DNA from: Candidatus Velthaea sp.
GTDB lineage: Bacteria; Vulcanimicrobiota; Vulcanimicrobiia; Vulcanimicrobiales; Vulcanimicrobiaceae
Assembly (NCBI GenBank): GCA_050012475.1
Contig: JBEKHC010000009.1
Coordinates: forward strand, 1 to 64,000
Direction of reading: 5' to 3'
Length of the DNA: 64,000 nt
The translations under genes and the position numbers were made by a program. Shown in pieces: positions 46,567 to 56,135 of this stretch; positions within the stretch are counted from its first letter, which is position 1, and the number at the start of each line of letters is the position of its first letter. Below the pieces are notes generated by a model. That model was not told where the DNA came from and did not search any database. It worked only from the letters and a program-made list of their open reading frames with translations.

Positions 46567-47361
46567 GTGACCGAACCGTTTGCCGCTGCGCAGGCCTACG
46601 AGGGCTACATCGGCCGCTGGAGTCGGGTGGTGGCAGCAGAGTTTCTGCGCTGGCTGGGGGCGCCCGAGCGCGCAACCTGGTGTGACGTCGGGTGCGGAAC
46701 GGGTGCACTGACGTCGGCCGTGTTGGCGTTCTGCAATCCGGCGCGCGTCGACGCATCGGACCCGAACGCCGAGCGGATCGCGTTTGCCCGGCAAGCCATT
46801 GCGGATGCGCGCGCGACCTTTACCGTCGGCGAGGCCGCGCGCATCTCGGCGCCGGATCGCACGTACGACGCAATTGTCGGCGGCCTGGCCTTTCCGGCGA
46901 TCCGCGACACCGCAGCGGCGCTCGCGGAGCTGATCCGCGTCGGCAAACCGGGCGGGATCGTCGCCGGCTACGTCTGGGACTTCGACGGCGAGATGCAGGT
47001 GCTGCGCTATTTTTGGAACGCCGCGGCCGAACTCGAACCTCAAGCCGAAGCGGACAGCGCCGACGAACGCTTCGCTCTTTGTCACCCCGACCAGCTGTCC
47101 GCGGCTTGGCGCGCGGCGGGCTTACACGACGTGGCGGTTCGCGCAATCGACGCGCGCGCCCGGTTCGCCGGCTTCGATGATTTTTGGACCCCGTTCCTGA
47201 GCGGCGACTCACCCGCCCAGACCTACGTAGGCTCGCTCGACGAACGGCGCCGCGCCGAGCTGTGCGCCGCGTTGCGCCGCGCGCTTCCGATTGCGAGCGA
47301 CGGCTCGATCACGCTCGTCACGCGGGCTTGGGCGGTGAGCGGCGGCATAGCCGGCGCTTGA
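46567..47361 (+). CDS. Class I SAM-dependent methyltransferase
   Basis: YEGYIGRWS, WCDVGCGTGAL, KPGG.VA.YVWD. Confidence 0.88.
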   Translation: MTEPFAAAQAYEGYIGRWSRVVAAEFLRWLGAPERATWCDVGCGTGALTSAVLAFCNPARVDASDPNAERIAFARQAIADARATFTVGEAARISAPDRTYDAIVGGLAFPAIRDTAAALAELIRVGKPGGIVAGYVWDFDGEMQVLRYFWNAAAELEPQAEADSADERFALCHPDQLSAAWRAAGLHDVAVRAIDARARFAGFDDFWTPFLSGDSPAQTYVGSLDERRRAELCAALRRALPIASDGSITLVTRAWAVSGGIAGA

Positions 47362-47433
47362 CTCGGGCATAGCAAAAAATCCGGGAAGAAGCTCCGGTAA
47401 ACGGCGTGTACGAAAGCGAACGGCGAGGCGGGC

Positions 47434-47955
47434 ATGGATCAGGAGCTCGGTAAAAAAATCGTTTTGGAGCTGGAGGCGAATTTACTCGCGCTGCGGTTCA
47501 AGCGCCAGCTCCATGCCTACCGCGACAATATGGAGACGATTCTGGGTTCTCACGTCGCAGCCAGCGTGATCGCGCTTGGCGCGATCGGCGCTTTGCTGAT
47601 CGGCCGCTCCGTTGCCGGAATGAGCGTCTTAGCGATCTACCTTGCCATTAGCTGCGTGATCCTGCCGGTTTGGAGCCGGCGCAACGCGCTCGCTTGGCAG
47701 CAGATGGCCGTCCCGCTGTACCTGCTTCTCACCCACGAGGACGTCTTGATTCTCGACGAACGCCGACTGCGCAGCGTCGGACAGTGGCTGTCCGCGCGCG
47801 GGTTGTGCGTTGGTCTGCCTTCCACGGATGGAACGCAGCCCGAATTCGTGCAAACCGAACTCGGCGCGCGCGTGCGGCAGCGACTCGAACTCGATGATTT
47901 GCTGCCGCGCGATCTCTTCGGGCGTCCGCGCGTGAGCAATCTCCTCTGCGCATGA
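47434..47955 (+). CDS. Hypothetical membrane protein
   Basis: ATG after GAGG; two hydrophobic segments. Confidence 0.55.
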   Translation: MDQELGKKIVLELEANLLALRFKRQLHAYRDNMETILGSHVAASVIALGAIGALLIGRSVAGMSVLAIYLAISCVILPVWSRRNALAWQQMAVPLYLLLTHEDVLILDERRLRSVGQWLSARGLCVGLPSTDGTQPEFVQTELGARVRQRLELDDLLPRDLFGRPRVSNLLCA

Positions 47956-47962
47956 TCGCCGT

Positions 47963-49429
47963 TTACTCGGCCCGTTTGTGACCCTTGTCTTCCGCTTTAT
48001 CCGGGAGATTGCGAGCCGGAGCCGTGGTGCCAGCGCGCGGCGCGCCGTGCATGGAAGGCTCGCGCGGCGGCGCAGCGGGGCGAAGCCGGTCCGGCGGAGC
48101 GGCATACACGGCGGGCCGATGTGCTGGTGCAGCCAATTCGTCGACCGGCTGGTGAACCACCGGCGCGTGAACCAGCGGCGCAGGCATGGGCGCGGCTTCA
48201 CGAACGAGCGGCGGTTTCTCCGCTGGCGGAATGCTGCGAACGCGCGGGCCGGTTTGGGACGCGGGCCGCACGGCCTGCACGCGCGGCTGAACAGGTGCGA
48301 CATTGGCTTGCGGGTTCACCCGGTCGGCCGGCTTGACCGGGACAAAGCCCGCCGGAGCGTTCTTGGTGCTTAGCGGCCGGGCTACGGCAAGAACCGGCGG
48401 CTGGCTATGGTTGACGCTTGCGAGCATGCGGCGATCCTGTTCCGCCTGCCGGACATGTTGCTGCTGCTGCGTCGTCATCCCCAAGTGCCTTCCGCCAGCA
48501 ACGGTTAGCTGTTGGGACGTCGGCCGCGCCTGCAATCCGCTCGTGCCGCCGTTGTAGCTCATCCGCGTCGTCGAATCATTGACATACACCCGGCGATCGA
48601 CGTACACGTTGCGCACGATCGTCGTGTCGACGCGCGTTACGTAGGTGTTGTAGTTGAAGACGTTGTTCGCCCAGCGGCCACCGTCGTAACCGTTCCCGAA
48701 ATAACCGGCACCGTAGTTGACGCCGCCGTAGAAGCCGATTGCCAGCGCCCAGTACCCGGGATTCCAGTTGTAACCGCCGTTGTTCCATTGCCAGTATCCC
48801 GGCGTCCACAAATAGCCGGTTTGCGGCGGTTGGACCCACGTCCCCGGAACCCAGTAGTACCCGTACGAACCCCAAGCCCAGTAACCGGGCTGCCAAAGGT
48901 AATTCGGCGCCGGAACGTCGGGCTGCGCATAGCTGGGGATCGGCGGCGGCGGCGTATCGACGTAACTGGCCGTTCCGGGCGTAAAATAGGTTGCCGAACC
49001 GCCGCCCGTGTCGATGGCGGCAATGCTGTTCGCATCGTCCCAAGTAACGCTGTCACCGAGCGCCTCGGAAATGAAGCGGAGCGGAACGTACGTACTTTCG
49101 CCGACGATGAACGGAGCGACGTCGAGCGTTTGCGGTTGGCCGTTGACCGTCGCTTGGGTCGAACCGATGCGCAGCGAGATGTCGCGACCATTGCCCGTTG
49201 CGTTGATCGTGCCGTCGGAATAGACGACGCTCGCGCCGAGCTGCTCGAACACGCCGCGCAGCGGGACGAAGACGCGTCCGGCCTGGATGATGGGGGCCGG
49301 GGACAGATCGACCGCGCTGCCGTTGACCGTCACCTCGGCTTGAGCGTCGGCCGCAACCGCGGTCGCACCACATGCGGCGAGCACCGCTAACGCAGCGGTC
49401 AGGCGCAGCGCGACATGTTTCAAGTTCAA
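47963..49429 (-). CDS. Secreted protein: copper-amine-oxidase N-terminal (stalk) domain, YXWGXW repeats and Pro-rich tail
   Basis: GRVFVPLRGVFEQLGA, TYVPLRFISEALG; YLWQPGYWAW, YYWVPGTW, YLWTPGYW, YNWNPGYW. Confidence 0.88.
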   Translation of the reverse strand: MNLKHVALRLTAALAVLAACGATAVAADAQAEVTVNGSAVDLSPAPIIQAGRVFVPLRGVFEQLGASVVYSDGTINATGNGRDISLRIGSTQATVNGQPQTLDVAPFIVGESTYVPLRFISEALGDSVTWDDANSIAAIDTGGGSATYFTPGTASYVDTPPPPIPSYAQPDVPAPNYLWQPGYWAWGSYGYYWVPGTWVQPPQTGYLWTPGYWQWNNGGYNWNPGYWALAIGFYGGVNYGAGYFGNGYDGGRWANNVFNYNTYVTRVDTTIVRNVYVDRRVYVNDSTTRMSYNGGTSGLQARPTSQQLTVAGGRHLGMTTQQQQHVRQAEQDRRMLASVNHSQPPVLAVARPLSTKNAPAGFVPVKPADRVNPQANVAPVQPRVQAVRPASQTGPRVRSIPPAEKPPLVREAAPMPAPLVHAPVVHQPVDELAAPAHRPAVYAAPPDRLRPAAPPREPSMHGAPRAGTTAPARNLPDKAEDKGHKRAE

Positions 49430-49768
49430 GGTTCACCTCTAAACAAAATGCGACGCGCGGCGGCGTCGAACGGCGCTTTCGATTCGTAAGCGATCCGTCC
49501 GGTAACGAAACTCGTTCGGCGGACGGCACGGACGGCATTCGCGGCGCGTGAGAAGTGTGACTTCGCGGGGCCGGCGCGCCGCTCGCGCCGCCGGCGCCCG
49601 CAGCGCAAAACCGACGCATTGCCGCTAGGCATATTAACCAATCGCGGTGTCGCCTTACCCGCCTTGCCGATTCCTACTTGCGCGTACCGCAAGCGGAAAA
49701 TGTCGTTCGAGCCGCGGAAATTGACCTGCAGGGCCGCCGGTCGCGCGCCGGAACGTATCTCCACGGCG

Positions 49769-50983
49769 ATGGAACAACGGAACGGACAACTGGTTGCGGA
49801 TGCCTTCGAAGTGCCGGCCGCGGAGCTGTCTGTCGCATCGAGCGAGCCGCAGCACGCGCCGCAAGAGCGTCCGCGCGCCGCAACGTGCGGCAACGTCGAT
49901 GCCTGCTCCATCGCGCGCTCGGGCGAAGAGGTCGAATGGTATGCGGGCGCCGGCGAATACTGTCCGGAGTGCGGCGAAGCGTTAAAACCCGGCGATCTGC
50001 CGTTCGTTCCGACGCTGAAGTTTGACAGCTTCGCCCAGCTCGAAACACCTCCGTCGAACGCTCCCGCGAACAGCGTCGCGGCGGGAGTGCCCGACGCACC
50101 AGCCGTGCCCGGTGCGCCCGCGCAAATCGGCCACCGCCGGGCGCCGCTCCCCGTCGGCGTTCCGCCGCACCTTGACCCTTCGCGCCGGTGGCTGTGGGCT
50201 GCGGCAGGGGCGATCGCGGTCGGCGCGGTGATCATCTCGGTCGAACTCTACGCCGCCGGGCGGCCGGGCGCGCTGCAGCAGCGGGCGTCCGGATCGATCG
50301 AGGTCTGCGCGATCCCGAGCGCGCGGCAATTGGCCGCCGACCTCGTCCGCGGCTTCGCCGCCAAGACGGGAGTCGGTACCGAACGATTTATGCTGCGGAA
50401 TGGAAGCGCATGCGACGTTCGCTTCTCGAGTGCGGGAACGCCGGACGACGTCATCGCCCGCGACGGCATCGTTGCCGTCGTGAACCCGCTCAACCCGGTC
50501 GCCCGGATCAGCGAAAGTCAGCTGCACGGGATTTACAACGGATCGATCCGGGACTGGTCGCAACTCGGCGGGCCGCGGGGCAAGATCATTGCGCTCATGC
50601 CTGCCGACGCGTCGGACGAAGCGACGGCCATCGCCTCCTCGGTCTTCTTCGGCGCAACAATTGACTCGAGCGTCCGCCGCGCCGGTTCGAGCGCGGATGT
50701 TACGCGGGCGGTCACCGGAGCCGACGCGAGGAGCCGTGCCTCGATCGGGCTCGTCCCCTTCAGTCAGTCCATTCCGGCAAAGGTGGTTCCGCTGGCCTAT
50801 CTTCCGCCGCCCAGCGTCGTGTCGATTGGAACGCGCCGGTATCCCTACACGCTGACGATCGCGGTCCAAGCATCATCCGCAACGCCGGGTTCGACGGCAC
50901 AGCGTTTCGTCGACTACGCGAAGTCGGTCGACGGTGAGCAACTCGTCGCAAAAGACGGACTCGTGAGCCGAGGCGACCTCTGA
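49769..50983 (+). CDS. Membrane-anchored PstS-like substrate-binding-domain protein with an N-terminal Zn-finger-like region
   Basis: CGNVDAC...YCPECGEAL, Pro linker, TM helix, IARDGIVAVVNP.NPV...IY.G.I.DWSQLGG. Confidence 0.75.
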   Translation: MEQRNGQLVADAFEVPAAELSVASSEPQHAPQERPRAATCGNVDACSIARSGEEVEWYAGAGEYCPECGEALKPGDLPFVPTLKFDSFAQLETPPSNAPANSVAAGVPDAPAVPGAPAQIGHRRAPLPVGVPPHLDPSRRWLWAAAGAIAVGAVIISVELYAAGRPGALQQRASGSIEVCAIPSARQLAADLVRGFAAKTGVGTERFMLRNGSACDVRFSSAGTPDDVIARDGIVAVVNPLNPVARISESQLHGIYNGSIRDWSQLGGPRGKIIALMPADASDEATAIASSVFFGATIDSSVRRAGSSADVTRAVTGADARSRASIGLVPFSQSIPAKVVPLAYLPPPSVVSIGTRRYPYTLTIAVQASSATPGSTAQRFVDYAKSVDGEQLVAKDGLVSRGDL

Positions 50984-52230
50984 TGACGCCGGGCGTTCGT
51001 GCCTGCGCCGGCGCGCTGGCGTTCTGCATCGGCACGGCGGCCGCGCAAGCCGCCGGTGCCGAGCAACACGCGCGTTCGATCCTTTTTGGCGCCGCCGTGT
51101 CGCTCTCCGGATCTCAAGCCAAAGAAGGACGCCTGACGCAGGAAGGGTACGATTTCTGGGCCCGCTACGTCAACGAACGCGGCGGCTTACGGGTCGGCAA
51201 CCGCACCTATACCGTCGCGATACGCTATCGCGACGACGGATCGCAGCCGACGAAGACGGCGTTGGCGGCACAATCGCTCATCGCCGATGGCCGCGTGGAC
51301 TTCTTGCTCGGACCATATGGTTCGGCGCAAACGTTCGCGGCGGCGGCGGTCGCTGAGGAACATCGTGTTCCGCTCATCGCCAGCGGCGGATCGGCGGAAC
51401 GCACGTTCAATCAAGGGTATCGCTACGTGTTCGGCGTCCAGTCGCCGGCGCGTAAGTATCTGACCGGAATCATCGAGTTCGCCGTGCGCCGAACGCCGCG
51501 CCCGCAAACCATCGCGATCTCAGCGGCCGGCGATCCGTTCTCGCGCGAAGTTCAGCAGGGCGCGGTGCAATCGGCCAACGATCACGGGATCCGGGTCGTC
51601 TACGCAGGCCGGTACACCGACGATCCCGCCGGGATCACCAGCACCGCAGCGGCGATCGTCGCGACCCATCCGGATATCATCGTCAATGCGGGTCACTTGC
51701 AGGACGCGCTTGCGCTGCACCGTGCGTTGATCGCGGACAACGCGTCGGCGAAGATGTACGGCTATTCCGTCGGCCCCGACACACCGGAGTTTCGCGCAAC
51801 ATTGGGCGCCAATGCGCAGGCGGTCTTGGGCAGCGCGCAGTGGTCGCCCGCGGTGACGTACAAAGGCGAAGCCGGCTTCTACCGGACCGCAGCACAATAC
51901 AGCGACGCCTTCCAACGCCAATACGGTCACGCCCCCGACTATCACGACGCCGAAGCCACGGCGGCATGCTTGGCCTTCGCTTACGCGCTGAAAACGGCGC
52001 AGACGGTCGACCGGGACGCCGTTCGCGACGCCCTCGCTCGGCTCAATGTGACGACCTTCTTCGGCCAGCTCAAATTCGATGAGCGCGGCGTCAACATGTA
52101 CAAACCGATGGTCGTCAACCAAATTCAAGGAACCCGGCTGGTGACGATCTACCCCTACCGGCTCGCCAACGCGCGCTTTATTTTTCCGGCTCCTGCGTGG
52201 GCCACGAACGAGACCGCGACTCCGCAGTGA
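50983..52230 (+). CDS. Branched-chain amino acid ABC transporter substrate-binding protein (LivJ/K-like)
   Basis: GAAVSLSG...VNERGG...YRDDGS...VDFLLGPYGS...T.FG.LKFD. Confidence 0.9.
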   Translation: MTPGVRACAGALAFCIGTAAAQAAGAEQHARSILFGAAVSLSGSQAKEGRLTQEGYDFWARYVNERGGLRVGNRTYTVAIRYRDDGSQPTKTALAAQSLIADGRVDFLLGPYGSAQTFAAAAVAEEHRVPLIASGGSAERTFNQGYRYVFGVQSPARKYLTGIIEFAVRRTPRPQTIAISAAGDPFSREVQQGAVQSANDHGIRVVYAGRYTDDPAGITSTAAAIVATHPDIIVNAGHLQDALALHRALIADNASAKMYGYSVGPDTPEFRATLGANAQAVLGSAQWSPAVTYKGEAGFYRTAAQYSDAFQRQYGHAPDYHDAEATAACLAFAYALKTAQTVDRDAVRDALARLNVTTFFGQLKFDERGVNMYKPMVVNQIQGTRLVTIYPYRLANARFIFPAPAWATNETATPQ

Positions 52231-53635
52231 TCGCGCTGACCTCGACGGGGCTCGGCATGAGGATGACGCCGGCCCCCGCGAGTTGCGTGCGCAGTTCGGC
52301 GATGTCGGCGTGCGTGCGAGCCAGCGTCTCGAAGTCGGTCCGGGTTTTCGTCGCGATCGCGGCGGCGTTCCCGGCGGCTTCGCCTTCCTCGATCGTCGTG
52401 GGAATGACGCGCGCGCTGCCCGATGCCAGATGCGACGCGGAGATCGCGGGGCTCGCGAGGATCATGTTGGAAAAACCGAGCGGCACCAGGCTCCCGAACG
52501 GAACGCCGTACACGTGCCGAATCGGCGCGAAGGCGGGCTTATCGTCCAGCGTGACCGGATGGAGATCGAGCGGATACGAGCTTAGGCCGATCGAGTCGTC
52601 CGGGATGCGTCCGTCCCAAATTCCGTCGGCCGTAAGCCGTTCCAAGCCCGCGAAATGACGCGTTTCGCGAACGTAGATGGTGTCGGCGTAGCGGCCGATC
52701 TGGGCGCTTTCCAAACCGGGGATGCGACCGCGCAGCCATGCGACGAGGCGCGGAGCTTCACGCTCGGCGATCGAACGCGCGCGCGCCAGGTCGGCATAGT
52801 CGCATCCGTCGATGCCCAGCACGTCGATGGCGTTGACCGTGACGCCGCCAGTGCTCTCGTGACCCAGGTTCAAGTCGGCCACCACCACATTGGGTTGGCT
52901 GGGCCGATACGCGCTTAGCACTTTTGCGTAACCCCAAGCCCGCCGCTCGGTCGCACCGCCGAATCCGTCGCGCACGGTGCTGTACGCCGCCGTCAGCCGG
53001 TCCCAATCGACGCCGGTGAGCGAGAACATGAGCGTCACCGGCTGCATGCGGTCGTCGCGCCCGGTATCTTGACGCCCGAGATCGAAGCGGGCGCCGGCGA
53101 GCGCGGCGACGTCGCCGTCATCCGATGCATCGATCACGTAACGTGCCTCGACCGAAAACTCACGGTTCATCCCGGCAGTGCGAAAAAGCACGCTGGTGAT
53201 CCGGCGCGTGTCCGACACGTCGACATGCACGGCGATCGGCGCGGCCTGGGTGACGAGCTGGATGCGCGGCTCGGCCGCGACGAGGTCGTCAAAGGCCGCG
53301 GCCGCTTGATCGGGCGTGAACGAATCGCCCAAGCGGGCATAGATTTCGGCAAAAATCCCGCCTTCGATGGCCTTGCCGTCGCCGGCCAGGTTGAGATCCC
53401 ATTGATCCATCATGGCATCGGTAAGCACCCCGCCGAGGTGACGTCCTTTTGCCACCAGCTCGACGGATTGACCGCAGCGCGCAGCCGCGACCGCCGCAGC
53501 AACGCCCGCGGGAGTGCCTCCGACGACGAGCACGTCGGGTGCCACGGGCCGCGCCGCGGCGCCCGGCGGCTGTGCGGACAGCGTAAAAACGAGCAGTGCG
53601 ATAAGCAGCGCTGTAAGCGATCGAGTCTTCATCAT
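52178..53635 (-). CDS. Secreted FAD-dependent oxidoreductase
   Basis: Signal peptide, DVLVVGGTPAGVAAA, IDASDDGD, YVRETRH, GEAAG. Confidence 0.85.
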   Translation of the reverse strand: MMKTRSLTALLIALLVFTLSAQPPGAAARPVAPDVLVVGGTPAGVAAAVAAARCGQSVELVAKGRHLGGVLTDAMMDQWDLNLAGDGKAIEGGIFAEIYARLGDSFTPDQAAAAFDDLVAAEPRIQLVTQAAPIAVHVDVSDTRRITSVLFRTAGMNREFSVEARYVIDASDDGDVAALAGARFDLGRQDTGRDDRMQPVTLMFSLTGVDWDRLTAAYSTVRDGFGGATERRAWGYAKVLSAYRPSQPNVVVADLNLGHESTGGVTVNAIDVLGIDGCDYADLARARSIAEREAPRLVAWLRGRIPGLESAQIGRYADTIYVRETRHFAGLERLTADGIWDGRIPDDSIGLSSYPLDLHPVTLDDKPAFAPIRHVYGVPFGSLVPLGFSNMILASPAISASHLASGSARVIPTTIEEGEAAGNAAAIATKTRTDFETLARTHADIAELRTQLAGAGVILMPSPVEVSAITAESRSRSWPTQEPEK

Positions 53636-53807
53636 CGTCCCGGAACGAACAACGCAGCGCCCCGTTCGCGCGTTGCTCCTTTTATGTTAATGTTGCATCG
53701 CCGTCGCGCGGTCTAAGCCAATTCCCAGCAGCTTCTCATCCGGCGCTTAACTTGTTTTGCCGCCATTGGTCGTGAGTGGGTGTTTTCACGAGTAGGAGAC
53801 ACCAGCG

Positions 53808-54260
53808 TTGAACACGAGCATTACGTCAAAACTCACCACAGCGATCGCTGCTGCGACATTCGCGGGCGCGATCGGCTTATTCGCTGCCGTTCCGGCCGCC
53901 GCACAGCCGGTTCCGAGCTACGCGAACCCCAACACGGACGAGACCATTCACGGCACGATTGCCGCGGTCAACGGTCCGTACAACATCAGCGTTCGGGACG
54001 CCCGCGGATTCATCGATAACGTCACGTTGCATCAAGGGACCATCATCAACCCGACCGGGCTTACGCTCGAACCGGGACAAAGCGTGACGATCGTGGGCCG
54101 CAACGACGGCAGCGCCCTTGCTGCCAATGAAATCGATACACCCTACGCGCTCTACCCGGCCTACGGCTATTACGGCTATCCCTACCCGTACGGCTTCGGA
54201 CCGTCGTATCACGTCGGGCTGCGCTTCGGCCGCGGTTTCGGCTTCGGCTTCCGCGGCTAA
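53808..54260 (+). CDS. Secreted hypothetical protein (beta-rich, Tyr/Gly-rich tail)
   Basis: AGGAG RBS, signal peptide, VTLHQGTIINPTGL, YGYYGYPYPYG tail. Confidence 0.75.
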   Translation: MNTSITSKLTTAIAAATFAGAIGLFAAVPAAAQPVPSYANPNTDETIHGTIAAVNGPYNISVRDARGFIDNVTLHQGTIINPTGLTLEPGQSVTIVGRNDGSALAANEIDTPYALYPAYGYYGYPYPYGFGPSYHVGLRFGRGFGFGFRG

Positions 54261-54299
54261 GGCCAGAGGCAGCCGGACCGGCGCTGCGAAGAACCGGCC

Positions 54300-54524
54300 A
54301 TGAAACATTTGCGTCTGGCGGTCGGCGCAGCCTCGGCCGGCGTAGCTTCCATGGGCGCATTCGCGGTCGGCGCATTCGCGGTCGGTGCGCTCGCGGTCGG
54401 TGCGCTCGCCGTCGCGCGCTTCAGAGTCGGCACCGCGCGCATCGAACGCCTCGAGATCGATGAATTGTTCGTTCGGAAGCTTACGATCGTCGAGCGAACA
54501 GCAGTGGATACCCCGGTGCCGTAA
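54300..54524 (+). CDS. Small hypothetical protein with GA(F/L)AV repeats
   Basis: GAFAVGAFAVGALAVGALAV...RLEIDEL.VRKL. Confidence 0.7.
   Translation: MKHLRLAVGAASAGVASMGAFAVGAFAVGALAVGALAVARFRVGTARIERLEIDELFVRKLTIVERTAVDTPVP
54354..54413 (+). repeat. Four tandem 15-bp coding repeats
   Basis: GGCGCATTCGCGGTC twice, then GGTGCGCTCGC(G/C)GTC twice. Confidence 0.8.
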
Positions 54525-54542
54525 CACCCTGGGGCCGGTGCG

Positions 54543-54905
54543 TTAGGGCAGCGGACCGAAAGCCACGATTTTTTGCATCGGTCCGAGCTTGCCCGGCGCC
54601 GGCTGACGGGCGCCGGCAGCGGCCGTTGCGATCGACGGCGCCGTCGCGGCCAGGGTCCCTGCGCGGCTTTCGCGTCGTGCGCGCTCGACGATCTGTAAGG
54701 TCGCGGCAATGTTCTTGTACATCAAAGCATGCGGCTCTCGAGCGCCAGCCGGTCCAGGATCAGCCCGTCGGCAGCGTGCGCCGCACGCGTGCCGGGTCCG
54801 AGAATTTTCCACAATTTGGCCCGGTTGGCTCGGATGCCGGCACGAATAGCGCGCTCGACGTCGCCGTCGGGATCGTGTGCCGAACAGGTGCAGCGCGAAT
54901 CATGC
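54543..54905 (-). CDS. Two possible small coupled hypothetical ORFs (about 54905-54722 and 54722-54543)
   Basis: TGATG stop/start overlap at 54722; no recognisable motifs. Confidence 0.3.
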
Positions 54906-55043
54906 ATCGGAGTCACTGGAGCCACCTCGGAACGAAGCCGGGCGGTCGCGAAACGCCGCCTCTGAATTGAATATCGTCATATCGCCGGCGGGGATGAGCC
55001 GCGAAATGCTCTCGCTCGCGGGTGCGCGAAACGTGGCGTCCTG

Positions 55044-55580
55044 ATGCCCTTCTATTCGATCGACGACGTTCGCCCCACGGTGCCCGACGACGAGGACTAC
55101 TGGGTCGCTCCCAACGCTACGCTGATCGGTCACGTCCGTCTGGAACGCGCCGTCGGGATCTGGTTCGGGGCGGTGCTGCGCGCCGACAACGACACGATCT
55201 TCATCGGAGCGGGAAGCAACGTCCAGGACAACTGCGTGCTGCACGCCGATCCCGGGTTTCCGGTTTCGATCGGCGAGTACTGCACCATCGGACACCACGC
55301 GATCGTCCACGGCTGTTCGGTCGGCGACAACTCCTTGATCGGCATGGGCGCGACGGTCCTCAACGGCGCGCGTATCGGACGAAACTGTTTGGTCGCCGCC
55401 AACGCGCTCGTCAGCGAAAACGTCGTCATCCCAGACAACAGCTTGGTGCGCGGGATACCGGGAAAAGTCGCGGGCACGATCGATGACGATCGCGCCCGCT
55501 CAATGCGGCTGTCCGCGGAGGAATACATTCGCGCGTGGCGGCGCTATCGCCAAAGCGTCCGGCCGATCGAACTTCTTTGA
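55044..55580 (+). CDS. Gamma carbonic anhydrase family protein
   Basis: WFGAVLRAD, SNVQDNCVLH, TIGH.AIVHGC hexapeptide repeats. Confidence 0.92.
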   Translation: MPFYSIDDVRPTVPDDEDYWVAPNATLIGHVRLERAVGIWFGAVLRADNDTIFIGAGSNVQDNCVLHADPGFPVSIGEYCTIGHHAIVHGCSVGDNSLIGMGATVLNGARIGRNCLVAANALVSENVVIPDNSLVRGIPGKVAGTIDDDRARSMRLSAEEYIRAWRRYRQSVRPIELL

Positions 55581-55625
55581 GACGGACGGGCGAACAGGCT
55601 CGACTCGGTCGAACGCGTCAGGTTC

Positions 55626-55991
55626 TTATGGCATTTTGGCTTGCCACAGCCCGAGCATCGCGCCCGTCGGATCTTCGATGATGCTCAGCCACCCCATGTC
55701 GGGGACTTCGTCGACGTCCTTCATGACCGTCGCGCCCAGCGCTTTTGCCTGCGCCGTCGCGGCCTTGATGTCATCGACCAGCACGTATGCCATCCAGGCG
55801 GATCCGGCACCGGGAATCAGCTGCTTCAGCATGCCGCCGCCGGTACCGTCGCCGACGTCGATCATCGTGTACGTGCCGACCGGCATTTCCATGTCTTGCA
55901 GCTTCCAGCCGAAGAGTTTCGAATAAAACCCCTTCGCTTTATCGGTATCGGTAGTGCTGAGTTCCACGTGCACGAACGGATTGGGCATCAT
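55626..55991 (-). CDS. VOC family protein
   Basis: NPFVHVEL...FYSKLFGW...W.AYVLVDD...DPTGAMLGLWQ. Confidence 0.9.
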   Translation of the reverse strand: MMPNPFVHVELSTTDTDKAKGFYSKLFGWKLQDMEMPVGTYTMIDVGDGTGGGMLKQLIPGAGSAWMAYVLVDDIKAATAQAKALGATVMKDVDEVPDMGWLSIIEDPTGAMLGLWQAKMP

Positions 55992-56135
55992 CTTCTCCCT
56001 CGATGAAAAAAGCGCAGGATTCGGGCGCCGCGTCAATGGAGTTTTCAGTGCACCGCGCGAAACGGCAATCCTCCGCCGAATTGTTGCGCCGGCACGCGCA
56101 GCGTCGGAACGAGCGCAACTCGAGGGTGGGTGAAC

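Noticed and set aside
45292..47085. 597-aa minus-strand ORF and many other long Arg/Ala-rich ORFs (e.g. 1452..2837, 37261..38859, 14800..16014)
   Set aside because: Shadow frames overlapping well-supported genes; expected in high-GC DNA and lacking motifs.
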